Below are positions 48,687-59,220 of a stretch of 64,000 nt of DNA, piece after piece. Origin of the DNA: Spirochaetia bacterium (lineage in GTDB: Bacteria; Spirochaetota; Spirochaetia; SZUA-6; Bin103); contig OZ241863.1 in NCBI GenBank assembly GCA_965203055.1, forward strand, positions 1,856,001-1,920,000. The letters are read 5' to 3'. The translations under genes and the position numbers were made by a program. The notes under the pieces are model-generated. The model made no database searches, was not told the origin of the DNA, and was given only the letters and a program-made list of their open reading frames with translations. Numbering within the stretch: the first letter of the stretch is position 1; each line of letters starts with the position of its first letter.

Positions 48687-49595
48687 ATGAAGCGCATGAT
48701 CATCGACTGCGATCCCGGCCTCGACGACGCCATCGCCCTGATCCTGGCGCACCGCCATGCCCGCATCGCGGGCATCACCACCGTGAGCGGCAACGCGCCG
48801 CTGGCGGCCACCACCGCCAACGCGCTGATGATGACCGCGCTGCTGGACGCCGACGTGCCGGTGCACGGCGGCGCCGCGCGGCCGCTGGCCGCGGCGCCGG
48901 TGTACGCCGGCCACGTCCACGGCGAGGCGGGCATGGGCAACCTGCCGCCCCTGGCCCACGACCGCCGCCCGGCGAGCGGCGACGCGGTCTCCTTCCTGCT
49001 GGAGGCCGCGGCGCCCGACCTGTGGGTGGTGGCCCTCGGGCCGCTGACCAACCTGGCGCTCGCCGTCGAGCGCGACCCGCAGTGGGCGCGGCGCATCGCC
49101 GGCATCTCGCTCATGGGCGGCAGCACCGCCGGCGGCAACGTCACCGCGGCCGCCGAGTTCAACGTCTACGCCGATCCCGAGGCCGCGGCCCGGGTGTTCG
49201 CCGCCGGCGCCAACCTCACCATGTGCGGGCTGAACCTGACCCATCAGGTGCAGACCGACGACGCGCTGGTGGCGCGCCTGCGCGCGGTCGGCGCGCCGCT
49301 GGCGCAGTTCGGGGCGCAGGTATTCGACTTTCTGCACGGCGCCATGGAGCGCCTCGCGGGCAGCCGCGCCGCGCCGCTGCACGACCCCTGCGCGGTGCTG
49401 GCGGTGACCCACCCGGAGCTGTTCGCCACCGCGCCGCGGGCGGTGGCGGTGGAGCTGGCCGGCACCTTCACCCGCGGCATGACCGTGGTCGACGAGCGCC
49501 CGGGACCGGAGCGCGCCCCGGCCAACGCCCAGGTTGCCTACCGCGTCGACGCCGAGCACGCTCTGAACCTGGTGCTGGAATCGCTGGGGGCGTAA
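48687..49595 (+). CDS. Nucleoside hydrolase (IU-NH family)
   Basis: 'IIDCDPGLDDA', 'GPLTN', 'AEFNVYADPEAA', 'LHDP'. Confidence 0.92.
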   Translation: MKRMIIDCDPGLDDAIALILAHRHARIAGITTVSGNAPLAATTANALMMTALLDADVPVHGGAARPLAAAPVYAGHVHGEAGMGNLPPLAHDRRPASGDAVSFLLEAAAPDLWVVALGPLTNLALAVERDPQWARRIAGISLMGGSTAGGNVTAAAEFNVYADPEAAARVFAAGANLTMCGLNLTHQVQTDDALVARLRAVGAPLAQFGAQVFDFLHGAMERLAGSRAAPLHDPCAVLAVTHPELFATAPRAVAVELAGTFTRGMTVVDERPGPERAPANAQVAYRVDAEHALNLVLESLGA

Positions 49596-49597
49596 CG

Positions 49598-49632
49598 GGC
49601 CGGCGGGCGCCGGCGGGAAGCGCCCGCCGGCT
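49598..49632. terminator. GC-rich hairpin between convergent genes
   Basis: gccggcgggcgc...gcgcccgccggc inverted repeat; no U-tract. Confidence 0.4.
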
Positions 49633-49641
49633 CCGGTCGCG

Positions 49642-51597
49642 CTACTGCTCCTTCAGGTAAAGTTGGTCGGCGAACTCGCTGAGGCCGCCGGTCCACACAT
49701 GGCGCGGCACGAACTGGGTCATGACGTTGCCGACCCGGTTCTGCGCCACCACCGGCACCGGCACCTGGCCGACGGTACCGATCCAGAACAGGTTCTCGGC
49801 CTGCGCCTCCGCGATCCGGTAGATCAGCCGCCGGTACTCCTCGCTCTGCTGCGGCGTCTGCTGCGCCTCATAGATGCGCCGGTCATGCTCCTCGATCCAC
49901 TGCGGCGGCTGCTCGCCGGGCAGCTCACCCTCCCCGCCGGCGCCCGCTTCGCGGGCGTAGACCTCGCTCAGCCACTGATCCCACAGCGGCGCCCAGTTGG
50001 ACTCGGTGCTCGCCGCCAGGTGCTGGATCAGCTTCTCGAAGGCGCGCACCGCGACGTCGAACTGGTCTGTGTCGGTCAGCTCCCAGAAGAACGCCGGCTC
50101 ATGGCCGCGCAGTTCGACGCGCAGGCCCACCTCCTCCCAATACTCCTTGATCAGCTCCAGCAGCTCGCCGCGCGAAGAACCGATCTCGATGGTCTGATGA
50201 TGGATGGTGAACTGCAGCGGGCTGCCGTCCGGCGCCAGCCGGAACCCCTTGCCGTCGCGCTCGGTCAGGCCCACTTCGTCGAGCAGTTGATTGGCCAGCC
50301 CCGGATCGTACTGCGCGTGCGCCTGCGCCCAGGCGTCATCGTACACCGGAAAGCTCTCCGGCACCGTCGCCTGGCGCGGCGTGCCCTGGCCGAAGTAGAT
50401 CACTTCGTTGATCTCGTCGCGGTTGATCGCCACCGACAGCGCGACGCGGAAGTCGCGGTTCTGAATCAGCTCGCGCTTGATCGGGTCGGCCACGTTCCAG
50501 TTGGGCTGCAGCCCCATCTCCGAGCCGAACAGGCCCGGCACCAGGTGCACGCGGTAGTCGCCGGCCGCCTCGCTCTGCTTGTACAGGGTGAAGTTCTCGA
50601 AGGTGGTGAACAGGTAGGCGATGTCGCTCTCGCCGGACACGATCTTCAGGTCGTAGGTCTCGGCGTCGACGATCTCCCCCACCACCGTATCGACGTAGGG
50701 CAACTGGTTGCCCGCCGGGTCGACCACCATGTAGTAGGGGTTGCGCTCCATCACCTTGCGCACGGTGTCGGAGGAGGTGAGCACCCACGGGTGAATGCTC
50801 GGCTTGGCGAGGTCCTCCTGGGGATTCCACCAGTAGTGGGAGCGGAACGCGTCCGACCAGGTGTCGAATCCCTCCTCCTGCGCCAGTCGCTCGGCGTCGG
50901 CGTTGTAGTCGACGTGCCACTGCTTCAGGTAGTGGGCGGGCTCGACGCCGACCCAGCTGCCGCCGGCGGGTCCGGCGAAGGCGGTGACGATGTTGGGCAC
51001 CGGATCGTTCCAGGTGATCGAGAAGCTGTATTCGCTGATCCGCTGCGCGTCCTTCACCGGCGCGCCCATGAAGTTCCACATCTCGATCTCCTCCTTCAGG
51101 TGCATGTCCTTGAAGGCGAAGACGAAGTCCTCGGCATCGATCGGATCGCCGTCCGACCAGCGCATGCCGGGCCGCACGTGCAGGGTGAGGCTGGTGAAGT
51201 CGGGCGACTGCTCGTAATCGACGATCAGGCCGCCGTCGAAGGAGCCGTCGAGGTTCTGGCGGAAGAAGCGCGGCCCGATCTCGGTCATGTCGCCGACGTC
51301 CTGCCAGGGACTGGGATCGCGGTGATAGACGAACAGGGTGCCGCCGTAGCGGCCGATCTCGCTGAACACCGGCCGCACCATCGGCTCCGGCGGCAGCCGC
51401 TCGTCCACCGGCGGCAGCTCCCCCTGCGCCACCAGCGCCGCCAGTACCGGCGCCTCGTTGAAGCGCCCCGCCGCGGCGCCGGCGGCCGCGCCCGCGGCCG
51501 GCGCCGAACCCTCCTCGTCCGCCCCGGTCGCAAACGCCGCCGCGCCGCCCAGCGCGAGCGCCGCCGCGGCCAGCGCAGTTACGGAATTACGCCACAT
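49642..51597 (-). CDS. ABC transporter substrate-binding protein, family 5 (paralog of 44281-46260)
   Basis: 'EAPVL...LPPVDERLP', 'WSDG', 'RNPYY', 'GNQLPY'. Confidence 0.92.
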   Translation of the reverse strand: MWRNSVTALAAAALALGGAAAFATGADEEGSAPAAGAAAGAAAGRFNEAPVLAALVAQGELPPVDERLPPEPMVRPVFSEIGRYGGTLFVYHRDPSPWQDVGDMTEIGPRFFRQNLDGSFDGGLIVDYEQSPDFTSLTLHVRPGMRWSDGDPIDAEDFVFAFKDMHLKEEIEMWNFMGAPVKDAQRISEYSFSITWNDPVPNIVTAFAGPAGGSWVGVEPAHYLKQWHVDYNADAERLAQEEGFDTWSDAFRSHYWWNPQEDLAKPSIHPWVLTSSDTVRKVMERNPYYMVVDPAGNQLPYVDTVVGEIVDAETYDLKIVSGESDIAYLFTTFENFTLYKQSEAAGDYRVHLVPGLFGSEMGLQPNWNVADPIKRELIQNRDFRVALSVAINRDEINEVIYFGQGTPRQATVPESFPVYDDAWAQAHAQYDPGLANQLLDEVGLTERDGKGFRLAPDGSPLQFTIHHQTIEIGSSRGELLELIKEYWEEVGLRVELRGHEPAFFWELTDTDQFDVAVRAFEKLIQHLAASTESNWAPLWDQWLSEVYAREAGAGGEGELPGEQPPQWIEEHDRRIYEAQQTPQQSEEYRRLIYRIAEAQAENLFWIGTVGQVPVPVVAQNRVGNVMTQFVPRHVWTGGLSEFADQLYLKEQ

Positions 51598-51734
51598 ATT
51601 CCTGGATCCTCCTCTCGCAAGTCGCTCACGACGTGCGCCCCCGCAGCTTACCCGAAGACGCGCCGGCGCGCACACCCGCGGCCCGCGCTCCAGCGCCCCG
51701 CGCCTGCGGCGCCCGGCCACGTGGCCACCGGTAG

Positions 51735-52898
51735 CTACTTGTAGGGATCGGCCGCGTCGCGCAGGCCGTCGCCGACGAAGTTGAAGCAGAGCACCGTGAA
51801 CACCACGTACAGCCCGGGGATCAGCAGCCACGGGTGCAGCGCCACGGTGCGCACGTTCTGCGCCTGCTGCAGCATCACGCCCCAGCTCACCACCGGCGGG
51901 CGCAGGCCGATGCCGATGAAGCTGAGCGCGGTCTCGCCGAGGATCATGCCGGGCACCGCGAGGGTCATGCTCACGATCAGATAGCTGGTGAAGCCGGGCA
52001 GCAGGTGGCGGGAGATGATGGCCGGTTCGCCGGCGCCGGCGATGGCCGCGGCCATCACGTAGTCTTCCACCCGGAGCTGCAGGATCTTGCCGCGCACCAC
52101 GCGCGCCAACTCGGTCCAGCCGACGAACGACAGGATCACGGTGATCATGAAGTAGATGCGCAGCGGCGGCCAGTTGAGCGGCACCGCGGCCGCCAGCGCC
52201 ATCCACAGGGGAATGGAGGGCAGCGACTGAAGGAACTCGATGATGCGCTGCACGATCATGTCGACGGCGCCGCCGAAGTAGCCGGACACGCCGCCCAACA
52301 GGCACCCCAGCACGAAGCTGATGGCGACCCCCACCAGGCCGATGGAGAGGGAGATGCGGGCGCCGGCCAGGGCGCGCGAGAACATGTCCCGCCCCAGGCT
52401 GTCGGTGCCGAACAGGAACAGCCGCCCCGGCGCGTCCACCCCGACCAGGTGCCGGTCGGCCGGGATCAGTCCCAGCAGCCGGTACTCGTGGCCGCGCACC
52501 AGGAAGCGGAGCGGATAGCGCTGCTGCGGGTCGCTCTCGTAGGTGGGGGCCAGCGTCTCCGGGTGGCGCCCGACGCGCAGGCCGTAGACGAACGGCCGCT
52601 GCAGCCGCCCTTCGTGAACGATGCGCACCCGGGTGGGCGGGGCATAGAGGTAGTCGGTGTGGCGCTCGAACGTGCCGGCCACCGACAGGAACCCGGCGAA
52701 CGCCGCCGACAGGTAGATCGCCAGCAGGATCACGCCGCCGACCACCGCCAGCCGGTGCTTCAGGAACCGGCGCCGGATCAGGGTCCAGCTCGACGCCAGA
52801 TAGTAGCTTTCGTTGCGGCGGTCGGCCTCGGCCGGCGGCGGGATCCGGTACCTGGCGACGCCGGACGGCGCGGCCTGCGCCGGTGGCGGCGCGCTCAC
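51735..52898 (-). CDS. ABC permease (DppC/OppC-like)
   Basis: 'FGTDSLGRD', 'GDGLRDAADPY'. Confidence 0.92.
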   Translation of the reverse strand: MSAPPPAQAAPSGVARYRIPPPAEADRRNESYYLASSWTLIRRRFLKHRLAVVGGVILLAIYLSAAFAGFLSVAGTFERHTDYLYAPPTRVRIVHEGRLQRPFVYGLRVGRHPETLAPTYESDPQQRYPLRFLVRGHEYRLLGLIPADRHLVGVDAPGRLFLFGTDSLGRDMFSRALAGARISLSIGLVGVAISFVLGCLLGGVSGYFGGAVDMIVQRIIEFLQSLPSIPLWMALAAAVPLNWPPLRIYFMITVILSFVGWTELARVVRGKILQLRVEDYVMAAAIAGAGEPAIISRHLLPGFTSYLIVSMTLAVPGMILGETALSFIGIGLRPPVVSWGVMLQQAQNVRTVALHPWLLIPGLYVVFTVLCFNFVGDGLRDAADPYK

Positions 52899-53893
52899 GC
52901 CCGCGCCCCGCTCTCGAAGCGAATGCGGGGATCGATGGTCACCAGCAGCAGATCGGAGATCAGGGTGCCGACCATGGCCAGCGCGCTGAGCAGCATCACC
53001 ATGCTGCCGGCGAGGTACATGTCCTGCGCCTGCAAGGCGCGCAGCAGCAGCGGTCCAATGGTGGGCAGGCTGAGCACGATGGAGGTCAGGGTGGCGCCGG
53101 AGACGATGACCGGCAGCAGTCCGCCGATGGAACTGACGATCGGATTGAGCGCCAGGCGCACCGGGTACTTGAACAGGATGATGCCTTCGCGCAGGCCCTT
53201 GGCCCGGGCCGTGATCACGTACTGCCGGGCGAGCTCGTCGAGCAGCGAGCTGCGCAGGATGCGGATGATCCCGGCGGTGCCGGCGGTGCCAATCACGATC
53301 AGGGGAATCGGCAGATGCTTGAGCAGATCGATCACCTTGCCGATGCTCCACGGCTCCAGGATGTATTCGCGCGAGAACAGGCCGCCGACGCTCCAGCCCA
53401 GGGTGCTGAACGCCAGATACATCAGGATCAGCGCCAGCAGGAAGTTGGGAATCGAAAACCCGATGAAGCCGAGCACGGTGAAGACGTAGTCGCCAACGGA
53501 GTATTGATGGGTGGCCGAGTAGATGCCGATCGGCACCGCCACCACGTAGACGAATATCAGGGTAACCAGGGAAATGGTGACCGTAAGCGCCAGCCGCTCC
53601 GCGATCAGCGCGGTGACCTCCTCGTTCCACTGAAAGGAGCGTCCCATGTCGCCCTGCAGGAGATTGCCCAGCCACTTCAGGTATTGCAGCAGCACCGGCC
53701 GGTCCAGGCCGTAGCGGTCCTCCAGGCTGCGGATCATCTCCTCGTCAACCGTCATCCCCAGGTTGCGCATGTTCTGAATCATGGTGCTCAGGTAGTCGCC
53801 CGGCGGCAGTTGAATGATCATGAACGACACGAACGACAGGATCAGCAGCAGCATGAACATGTACACGATGCGGCGCGCGATGTAGCTGGCCAT
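52895..53893 (-). CDS. ABC permease (DppB/OppB-like)
   Basis: 'LPPGDY', 'YVITARAKGL', 'DPRIR'. Confidence 0.92.
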   Translation of the reverse strand: MASYIARRIVYMFMLLLILSFVSFMIIQLPPGDYLSTMIQNMRNLGMTVDEEMIRSLEDRYGLDRPVLLQYLKWLGNLLQGDMGRSFQWNEEVTALIAERLALTVTISLVTLIFVYVVAVPIGIYSATHQYSVGDYVFTVLGFIGFSIPNFLLALILMYLAFSTLGWSVGGLFSREYILEPWSIGKVIDLLKHLPIPLIVIGTAGTAGIIRILRSSLLDELARQYVITARAKGLREGIILFKYPVRLALNPIVSSIGGLLPVIVSGATLTSIVLSLPTIGPLLLRALQAQDMYLAGSMVMLLSALAMVGTLISDLLLVTIDPRIRFESGARA

Positions 53894-54040
53894 CAAGCCT
53901 CCCGGCGCGAAGTTGTGGTTTGCATGCTACTGGTCCGGCGCGGTTGCCGCCACCATGCCGCCGCGCCGCGTTGCGCCGCGCGCCGGGCGGTTGACCGGGG
54001 GCGGCAAAACGGTGACGATGGCGAACACGGAGGTACCTCC

Positions 54041-55174
54041 ATGCCAATGACCGGCGCGGCGCCGATTGCGGCTCCCGGCTGGACGGCGCAGAAGGAAACC
54101 GGCGTCCGCATCGTCGACTGCGACGTCCACCACAGCTTCGAGCGCGCCGAGCAACTCCTCCCCTACCTGTCGAAGTTTCACCAGGAGCACCTCTACGACC
54201 AGGGGCTGCACTTCGGCGGGGGCGGCTATCCCAACACGCCGTTCCGCAAGACGCGCAACGATCTCAAGGACCCCGACCTCAAGCGGCGCGACTTCAACTT
54301 CTCGCTCGAGTTCACGCAGCAGGAGCTGCTCGACCGCTGGAACATCGACGTGGCGCTGCTGACCGGCTCGCCGTCCGACATCTACGGCGCCGCCGGCGTG
54401 CCCGATCCCGACTGGGGGGCGGCGCTGTGCCGGGCGTTCAACGACTACACGATCGAGCACTGGCTGGAGCGCGACGACCGCGTGGTGCACGCCATCCTGG
54501 TGGCGCCCGGCGACCCGGCGCAGGCGGTGGCCGAGATCGACCGCCTGGCCGGACGCAGGGACACGGTGGCGGTGCACGTCCCGATGAATACCGCGCATCC
54601 GTTCGGCAACCGCTGCTACCATCCGATCTGGGAGGCGTGCGCCGAGCATGGCCTGCCGGTAGTGTCGCACATCGGCGGCGGCGGGCCGAACGGCAACACC
54701 ATGACGCCGGTCGGCTTTCCCACCTACTACATGGAGACGCGCATGGCGCGGCCCATGGCGGCCAGCGCGCAGGCGGCGTCGCTGATCTGCGAGGGGGTGT
54801 TCGAGAAGTTCCCGACGCTGAAATTCGCGCTGCTGGAGGTGCAGCAGCTCTGGGCGGTGTCGGTGATGTGGCACATGGACTTCGACTGGCGGGCGATCCG
54901 CGACCAGACGCCGTGGCTCAAGCGGCGGCCCAGCGAATACTTCCGCGAGCATATCCGGGTCGGCACCCAGCCGATGCACGAGCCGGAGCGGCCGGAGCAG
55001 TTGCGGCAGATGCTGGAGATGCTGCACGCCGACGAGACGCTGATCTTCTGCAGCGACTTCCCGCACTTCGACCAGAACGATCCGGTGACCGTCCTGCCGG
55101 GCATATCGGACCGCATGCGGCGGCGCATCTTTGCCGACAACGCGCTCGAACTGCTGCGCATGCCGGAGGCGTAG
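54041..55174 (+). CDS. Amidohydrolase family 2 protein
   Basis: 'VDCDVHH', 'YHPIWEAC', 'FEKFP', 'CSDFPH'. Confidence 0.88.
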   Translation: MPMTGAAPIAAPGWTAQKETGVRIVDCDVHHSFERAEQLLPYLSKFHQEHLYDQGLHFGGGGYPNTPFRKTRNDLKDPDLKRRDFNFSLEFTQQELLDRWNIDVALLTGSPSDIYGAAGVPDPDWGAALCRAFNDYTIEHWLERDDRVVHAILVAPGDPAQAVAEIDRLAGRRDTVAVHVPMNTAHPFGNRCYHPIWEACAEHGLPVVSHIGGGGPNGNTMTPVGFPTYYMETRMARPMAASAQAASLICEGVFEKFPTLKFALLEVQQLWAVSVMWHMDFDWRAIRDQTPWLKRRPSEYFREHIRVGTQPMHEPERPEQLRQMLEMLHADETLIFCSDFPHFDQNDPVTVLPGISDRMRRRIFADNALELLRMPEA

Positions 55175-55175
55175 C

Positions 55176-55595
55176 GTGGCCGGCGGCGCGCCGCGGCGCG
55201 CGCGGCGCGTCGTGGTCGGCAAGGCCGCCGACGTCCCGGAGGGCGGGCGCAAGCTCGTGGTGCCGTTCCGGGGCCGCGCCGGGATCGGGGTGTTCAACGT
55301 CAAGGGCCGCTTCTACGCCCTGCGCAACATCTGCCCGCACAACCTGGGGCCGCTGTGCACCGGCCACGTGAGCGGCCGGTTCACCGCCAGCGGACCGCCG
55401 TCCAGCCCCGGCGCAACCCAGACCATGGACCGCGACGGCGAGATTCTGCGCTGCCCGTGGCACAACTGGGCGTTCGACATTACCGACGGGAGCTGCCTGG
55501 GCGACCCGCGGCTGCGCGTCAAGAGCTACCCGGTAACGGTTGAAGGCGGCGACCTGGTAGTGGAGTACTCCGCCGAGGAGGCCCCCGATGAGTGA
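55176..55595 (+). CDS. Rieske [2Fe-2S] ferredoxin
   Basis: 'CPH' and 'CPWH' ligand motifs. Confidence 0.9.
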   Translation: MAGGAPRRARRVVVGKAADVPEGGRKLVVPFRGRAGIGVFNVKGRFYALRNICPHNLGPLCTGHVSGRFTASGPPSSPGATQTMDRDGEILRCPWHNWAFDITDGSCLGDPRLRVKSYPVTVEGGDLVVEYSAEEAPDE

Positions 55596-57258
55596 TGCCC
55601 TGCCCCTGCTGACCCGCGAGCTGACGATCGACCGGCGCTACCTGATCCTGCCGGTGCGCCGGCCGCCGGCTACCGGTACCATGCACCCGCCCGCCGGCCA
55701 CCTGCGCCTGCGCGCCGGGGGCGAGGTGGTGCGCCACTTCGACATCGACCTGACCGACGGGGCCGGCGACTATACGGTGTTCAGCGACCTGGAGCCGTTT
55801 CGCGGGCAGCGGCTCACGGTGGAGTTCGAAGGCGCCGGCGCCGCTTCCCTGGACGGGCTGCGGTTGGCGCGCGAGCCGGTGCCCGCCGGCGAGCTGTACC
55901 GGGAGCGGTTGCGGCCGCAGTTCCACTTCTCCTCGCGCCGCGGCTGGAACAACGACCCCAACGGCCTGTTCCACTACCGCGGCGAGTACCATCTGCTGTA
56001 CCAGCACAACCCCTACAGCGTCGAGTGGGGCAACCTGCACTGGGGGCACGCCGTGAGCCGCGACCTGGTGCACTGGACCGAGCTCCCCGTCGCCCTCTAC
56101 CCCGACGCCCTGGGGGCGATGTCCACCGGCTGCGCGGTGGTGGACCACGCCAACACCTCCGGCCTGGGCCGCCCCGGCGCGCCCGCGGTGGTCGCCGTCT
56201 ACACCGCCGGCCACGCCTCCTGGGCGCGCGCCTTCACCCAGTGCCTGGCGGTCTCGACCGACGGCGGCTACACCTGGAGCAAGTACGACGGCAACCCGGT
56301 AATCGACCACATCGTGCATCGCAACCGCGACCCCAAGGTGATCTGGCACGCCGAGACCGAGCGCTGGGTGATGGCGCTCTACCTGGACCGCTTCGACTAC
56401 GCCATCTTCACTTCGCCCAACCTGCTGCAGTGGGAGCGCGCCAGCGAGCTGACGCTGCCCCGTACCACCGAGTGCCCGGAGCTGTTTCCGCTGCCGGCGG
56501 GCGGCGGCGGGGAGCGGTCGAGCGAGCGCAAGTGGGTATTCTGGGGCGCCAACAGCACCTACCTGGTGGGCTCGTTCGACGGCCGCACCTTCCGGCCGGA
56601 GCAGGCGCCGCGCAAGCTGCAGCCGGACGGCAACGGCTACGCCGCCCAGACCTGGAGCGACGTGCCGCCGGAGGATGGCCGGCGCCTGCAGATCGCCTGG
56701 CTGCGGCAGCGCATGCCGGGCATGCCGTTCGGCCAGTGCATGACCATTCCGCACTCCCTGGAGCTGCAGCGCCGCGGCGGCGGGTGGGCGCTGTGCGCGG
56801 CGCCGGTGCGGGAGCTGGAGCGGCTGCGGGCGGAGCGCTGGGAGATCGCCGAGGCGGAGCTGGCGCCGGGCCGGCCGCTCACCGCCGAGGTGAGCGGCGA
56901 GCTCCTGGACGTGGAGGCGGAGCTGGAGCTGGGCGCCGCCGACTGCGTGGGGGTGGTGGTGCGCGGCGTGGCGGTGTTCTACGACCGGCGCCTGGAGGCG
57001 CTGTGCTGCGGCGGCTGCACGGTGCCGCTGGCGGCGCCGGACGGCCCCTTCAAGTGGCGGATTCTGGCCGACCGCGCGTCGCTGGAGCTGTATGCCGACG
57101 GCGGCGCGGTGACCATCGCCGCGGGCATCGTGCTGCCGCGCTGGGAACGCGAGGTGCGGCTGGTGGCGGCCGGCGGGCGCGCGCTGGCGCGGCGGGTGAC
57201 GGTGGCGCGGCTGCGCTCGGCGTGGCCGGCGGCGGGGCCGGCGCCCGCCGCTCGATGA
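55588..57258 (+). CDS. Glycoside hydrolase family 32 (levanase/beta-fructosidase)
   Basis: 'WNNDPNG', 'RDP', 'ECP' catalytic motifs. Confidence 0.92.
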   Translation: MSDALPLLTRELTIDRRYLILPVRRPPATGTMHPPAGHLRLRAGGEVVRHFDIDLTDGAGDYTVFSDLEPFRGQRLTVEFEGAGAASLDGLRLAREPVPAGELYRERLRPQFHFSSRRGWNNDPNGLFHYRGEYHLLYQHNPYSVEWGNLHWGHAVSRDLVHWTELPVALYPDALGAMSTGCAVVDHANTSGLGRPGAPAVVAVYTAGHASWARAFTQCLAVSTDGGYTWSKYDGNPVIDHIVHRNRDPKVIWHAETERWVMALYLDRFDYAIFTSPNLLQWERASELTLPRTTECPELFPLPAGGGGERSSERKWVFWGANSTYLVGSFDGRTFRPEQAPRKLQPDGNGYAAQTWSDVPPEDGRRLQIAWLRQRMPGMPFGQCMTIPHSLELQRRGGGWALCAAPVRELERLRAERWEIAEAELAPGRPLTAEVSGELLDVEAELELGAADCVGVVVRGVAVFYDRRLEALCCGGCTVPLAAPDGPFKWRILADRASLELYADGGAVTIAAGIVLPRWEREVRLVAAGGRALARRVTVARLRSAWPAAGPAPAAR

Positions 57259-58091
57259 GCGCCGCGGCCGGTCTGGAGGTAACGCCGATCGCCGGGGCGC
57301 TCGGCGCCGAGATCGGCGGCGCGGACCTGAGCCGGCCGCTCGACCCGGCCGCCGCGGCGCTGATTCGCCAGGCGCTGCTGGATCACCTGGTGATCTTCTT
57401 CGCCGGGCAGAAGCTGACGCCGGCGCTGCTGCTCGCCTTCTCCCGGCTGCTGGGCGAGCCCCTCGCCTACCCGCAGTTGCCGGGCCTGCCGGAGGAACCG
57501 CTGGTGACCGCGGTCACCAAGCTGGAGCATGAGCGGGTCAACTTCGGCGGCGTGTGGCATACCGACACCAGCTACCTGGAACGGCCGCCGATGGCCAGCC
57601 TGCTGTACGCGGTGGAGCTGCCGCCGTACGGCGGCGATACACTGTTCGCCAACCAGTATCTGGCCTACGAGCGCCTGTCCGCGGGGTTGCAGCGCACCCT
57701 TGCCGGTCTGAGCGCGGTGTACACCTCCACCAAGCCGGCGGTGGCGCGCACCCGGGAGGAGCGGCTGCGGGAACGCGGCGCGCAGGCCAAGGCGCTCACC
57801 AGCGAGCATCCGGTGGTGCGCACCCATCCGCAGACCGGACGCAAGGCGCTCTACGTCAACTCCGGGCACACCTCGCGCTTCGCCGGCTGGAGCGAAGCGG
57901 AAAGCCGGCCGCTGCTCGACTACCTGTTCCGCCTCCAGGCGGAGCCGGAGCTCACCTGCCGCTACCGCTGGCGGCCCGGCGCGCTGGCGATCTGGGACAA
58001 CCGCTGCACGCTGCACCTGCCGCTCAACGACTACCACGGGTTTCGGCGCGTGATGCACCGCGTGACGCTGGCCGGCGACCGGCCCGCCTGA
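57255..58091 (+). CDS. TauD/TfdA-family dioxygenase
   Basis: 'WHTD', 'GGDT', 'HPVVRTHP', 'WDNR'. Confidence 0.92.
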   Translation: MSAAAGLEVTPIAGALGAEIGGADLSRPLDPAAAALIRQALLDHLVIFFAGQKLTPALLLAFSRLLGEPLAYPQLPGLPEEPLVTAVTKLEHERVNFGGVWHTDTSYLERPPMASLLYAVELPPYGGDTLFANQYLAYERLSAGLQRTLAGLSAVYTSTKPAVARTREERLRERGAQAKALTSEHPVVRTHPQTGRKALYVNSGHTSRFAGWSEAESRPLLDYLFRLQAEPELTCRYRWRPGALAIWDNRCTLHLPLNDYHGFRRVMHRVTLAGDRPA

Positions 58092-58134
58092 GCACCGCGC
58101 CGCCGACCGGCGCGCGGCCGGTCGCGGCTTAGGC

Positions 58135-59220
58135 CTAGCGGGCGCCGTTCATCCCCTGGTACCGGGCGATGATGTCGATGATCAGACTGACGTCGTCACG
58201 CGCCGCGGCCAGCGGAGTCCGGTTCGGGGCGCCGTGGACGATGCTGGCGTGAAAGTGGCGCAGCTCGCGCGTGAAGGGACTTTCCCAGGCGACCGCCGGC
58301 TCGGTGCGGCAGGCGGTGCCGTGCCGGTCGGTGCCCTGGATCACCACCGAGGAGAGGATGCCGCGCGCGAACCCCGTCGGATAGGAGAGCAGGACGCGGT
58401 GCCCGTCGCCGTACACCTCCAGCGTCTCCTTGAAGTCCCACAGCTCCGGCAGGTCCACCCAGGAGGCCACGCCGCGGGCGCCGCCCGGATATGCCAGGGT
58501 GAAGGTCACGGCGCGGCCGGCGCGCCAGATCTCGGTGCTGACCACCGCGCGCGGCAGTCCCAGCAGGGAGCGCATGGTGTACAGGTCGTGGATCATGCTG
58601 CCGGCCAGCAGCAGGAAGGCGCGCCGCACCTCCGGGGCGGCGTCGCCGATCGCCTGGCGGAACGCGGCGCCGCGCGCGGCGCGGGTGCGCGCCGTCGCGG
58701 CCGCGGGATGGTCGTCGAAGCGGCGCAGGTCGAACTGGCGCAGATGCAGGCGGTTGTCCGGGTGCAGGTGGGTTACCTGGACGAAGCGGATCTCACCCAT
58801 CTCCCGCACCGCCCGCTGCGCCAGCTCGAAGGCGGGATCGTACACCTTCATGTAGCCGGCCTGGGCCACCGTGCCGGCCGCGCGCTGGGCGGCGATCATG
58901 GCGTCGATCTCCGGCAGCGAGAAGCAGACCGGCTTCTCGATGAACAGGTGCTTGCCCGCCTCCAGGGCGGCCACCGCGGCCTCGGTCTTGGGATCGGTAT
59001 GGCACAGCAGGAGGGCTTCCACGTCCGCGGCGAGCAAGTCGCGGTAGTCGGTGACGTGGCGCGGCACGCGGAACCGGCGCGCGGCGTCCGCGGCGGCGCT
59101 CGGCGAGACGTCGCAGACGCCGGCCACCTCGAACTGGTCCGCCAGCGCGGTGAGGTTGGGCAGGTGGTGGACCTGGGCGATGGCGCCGCAGCCCACCACG
59201 CCGATGCGGACGCGCTTCAC
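58135..59220 (-). CDS. Gfo/Idh/MocA oxidoreductase
   Basis: 'GVVGCGAIA', 'GKHLFIEKP', 'IHD'. Confidence 0.9.
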   Translation of the reverse strand: MKRVRIGVVGCGAIAQVHHLPNLTALADQFEVAGVCDVSPSAAADAARRFRVPRHVTDYRDLLAADVEALLLCHTDPKTEAAVAALEAGKHLFIEKPVCFSLPEIDAMIAAQRAAGTVAQAGYMKVYDPAFELAQRAVREMGEIRFVQVTHLHPDNRLHLRQFDLRRFDDHPAAATARTRAARGAAFRQAIGDAAPEVRRAFLLLAGSMIHDLYTMRSLLGLPRAVVSTEIWRAGRAVTFTLAYPGGARGVASWVDLPELWDFKETLEVYGDGHRVLLSYPTGFARGILSSVVIQGTDRHGTACRTEPAVAWESPFTRELRHFHASIVHGAPNRTPLAAARDDVSLIIDIIARYQGMNGAR

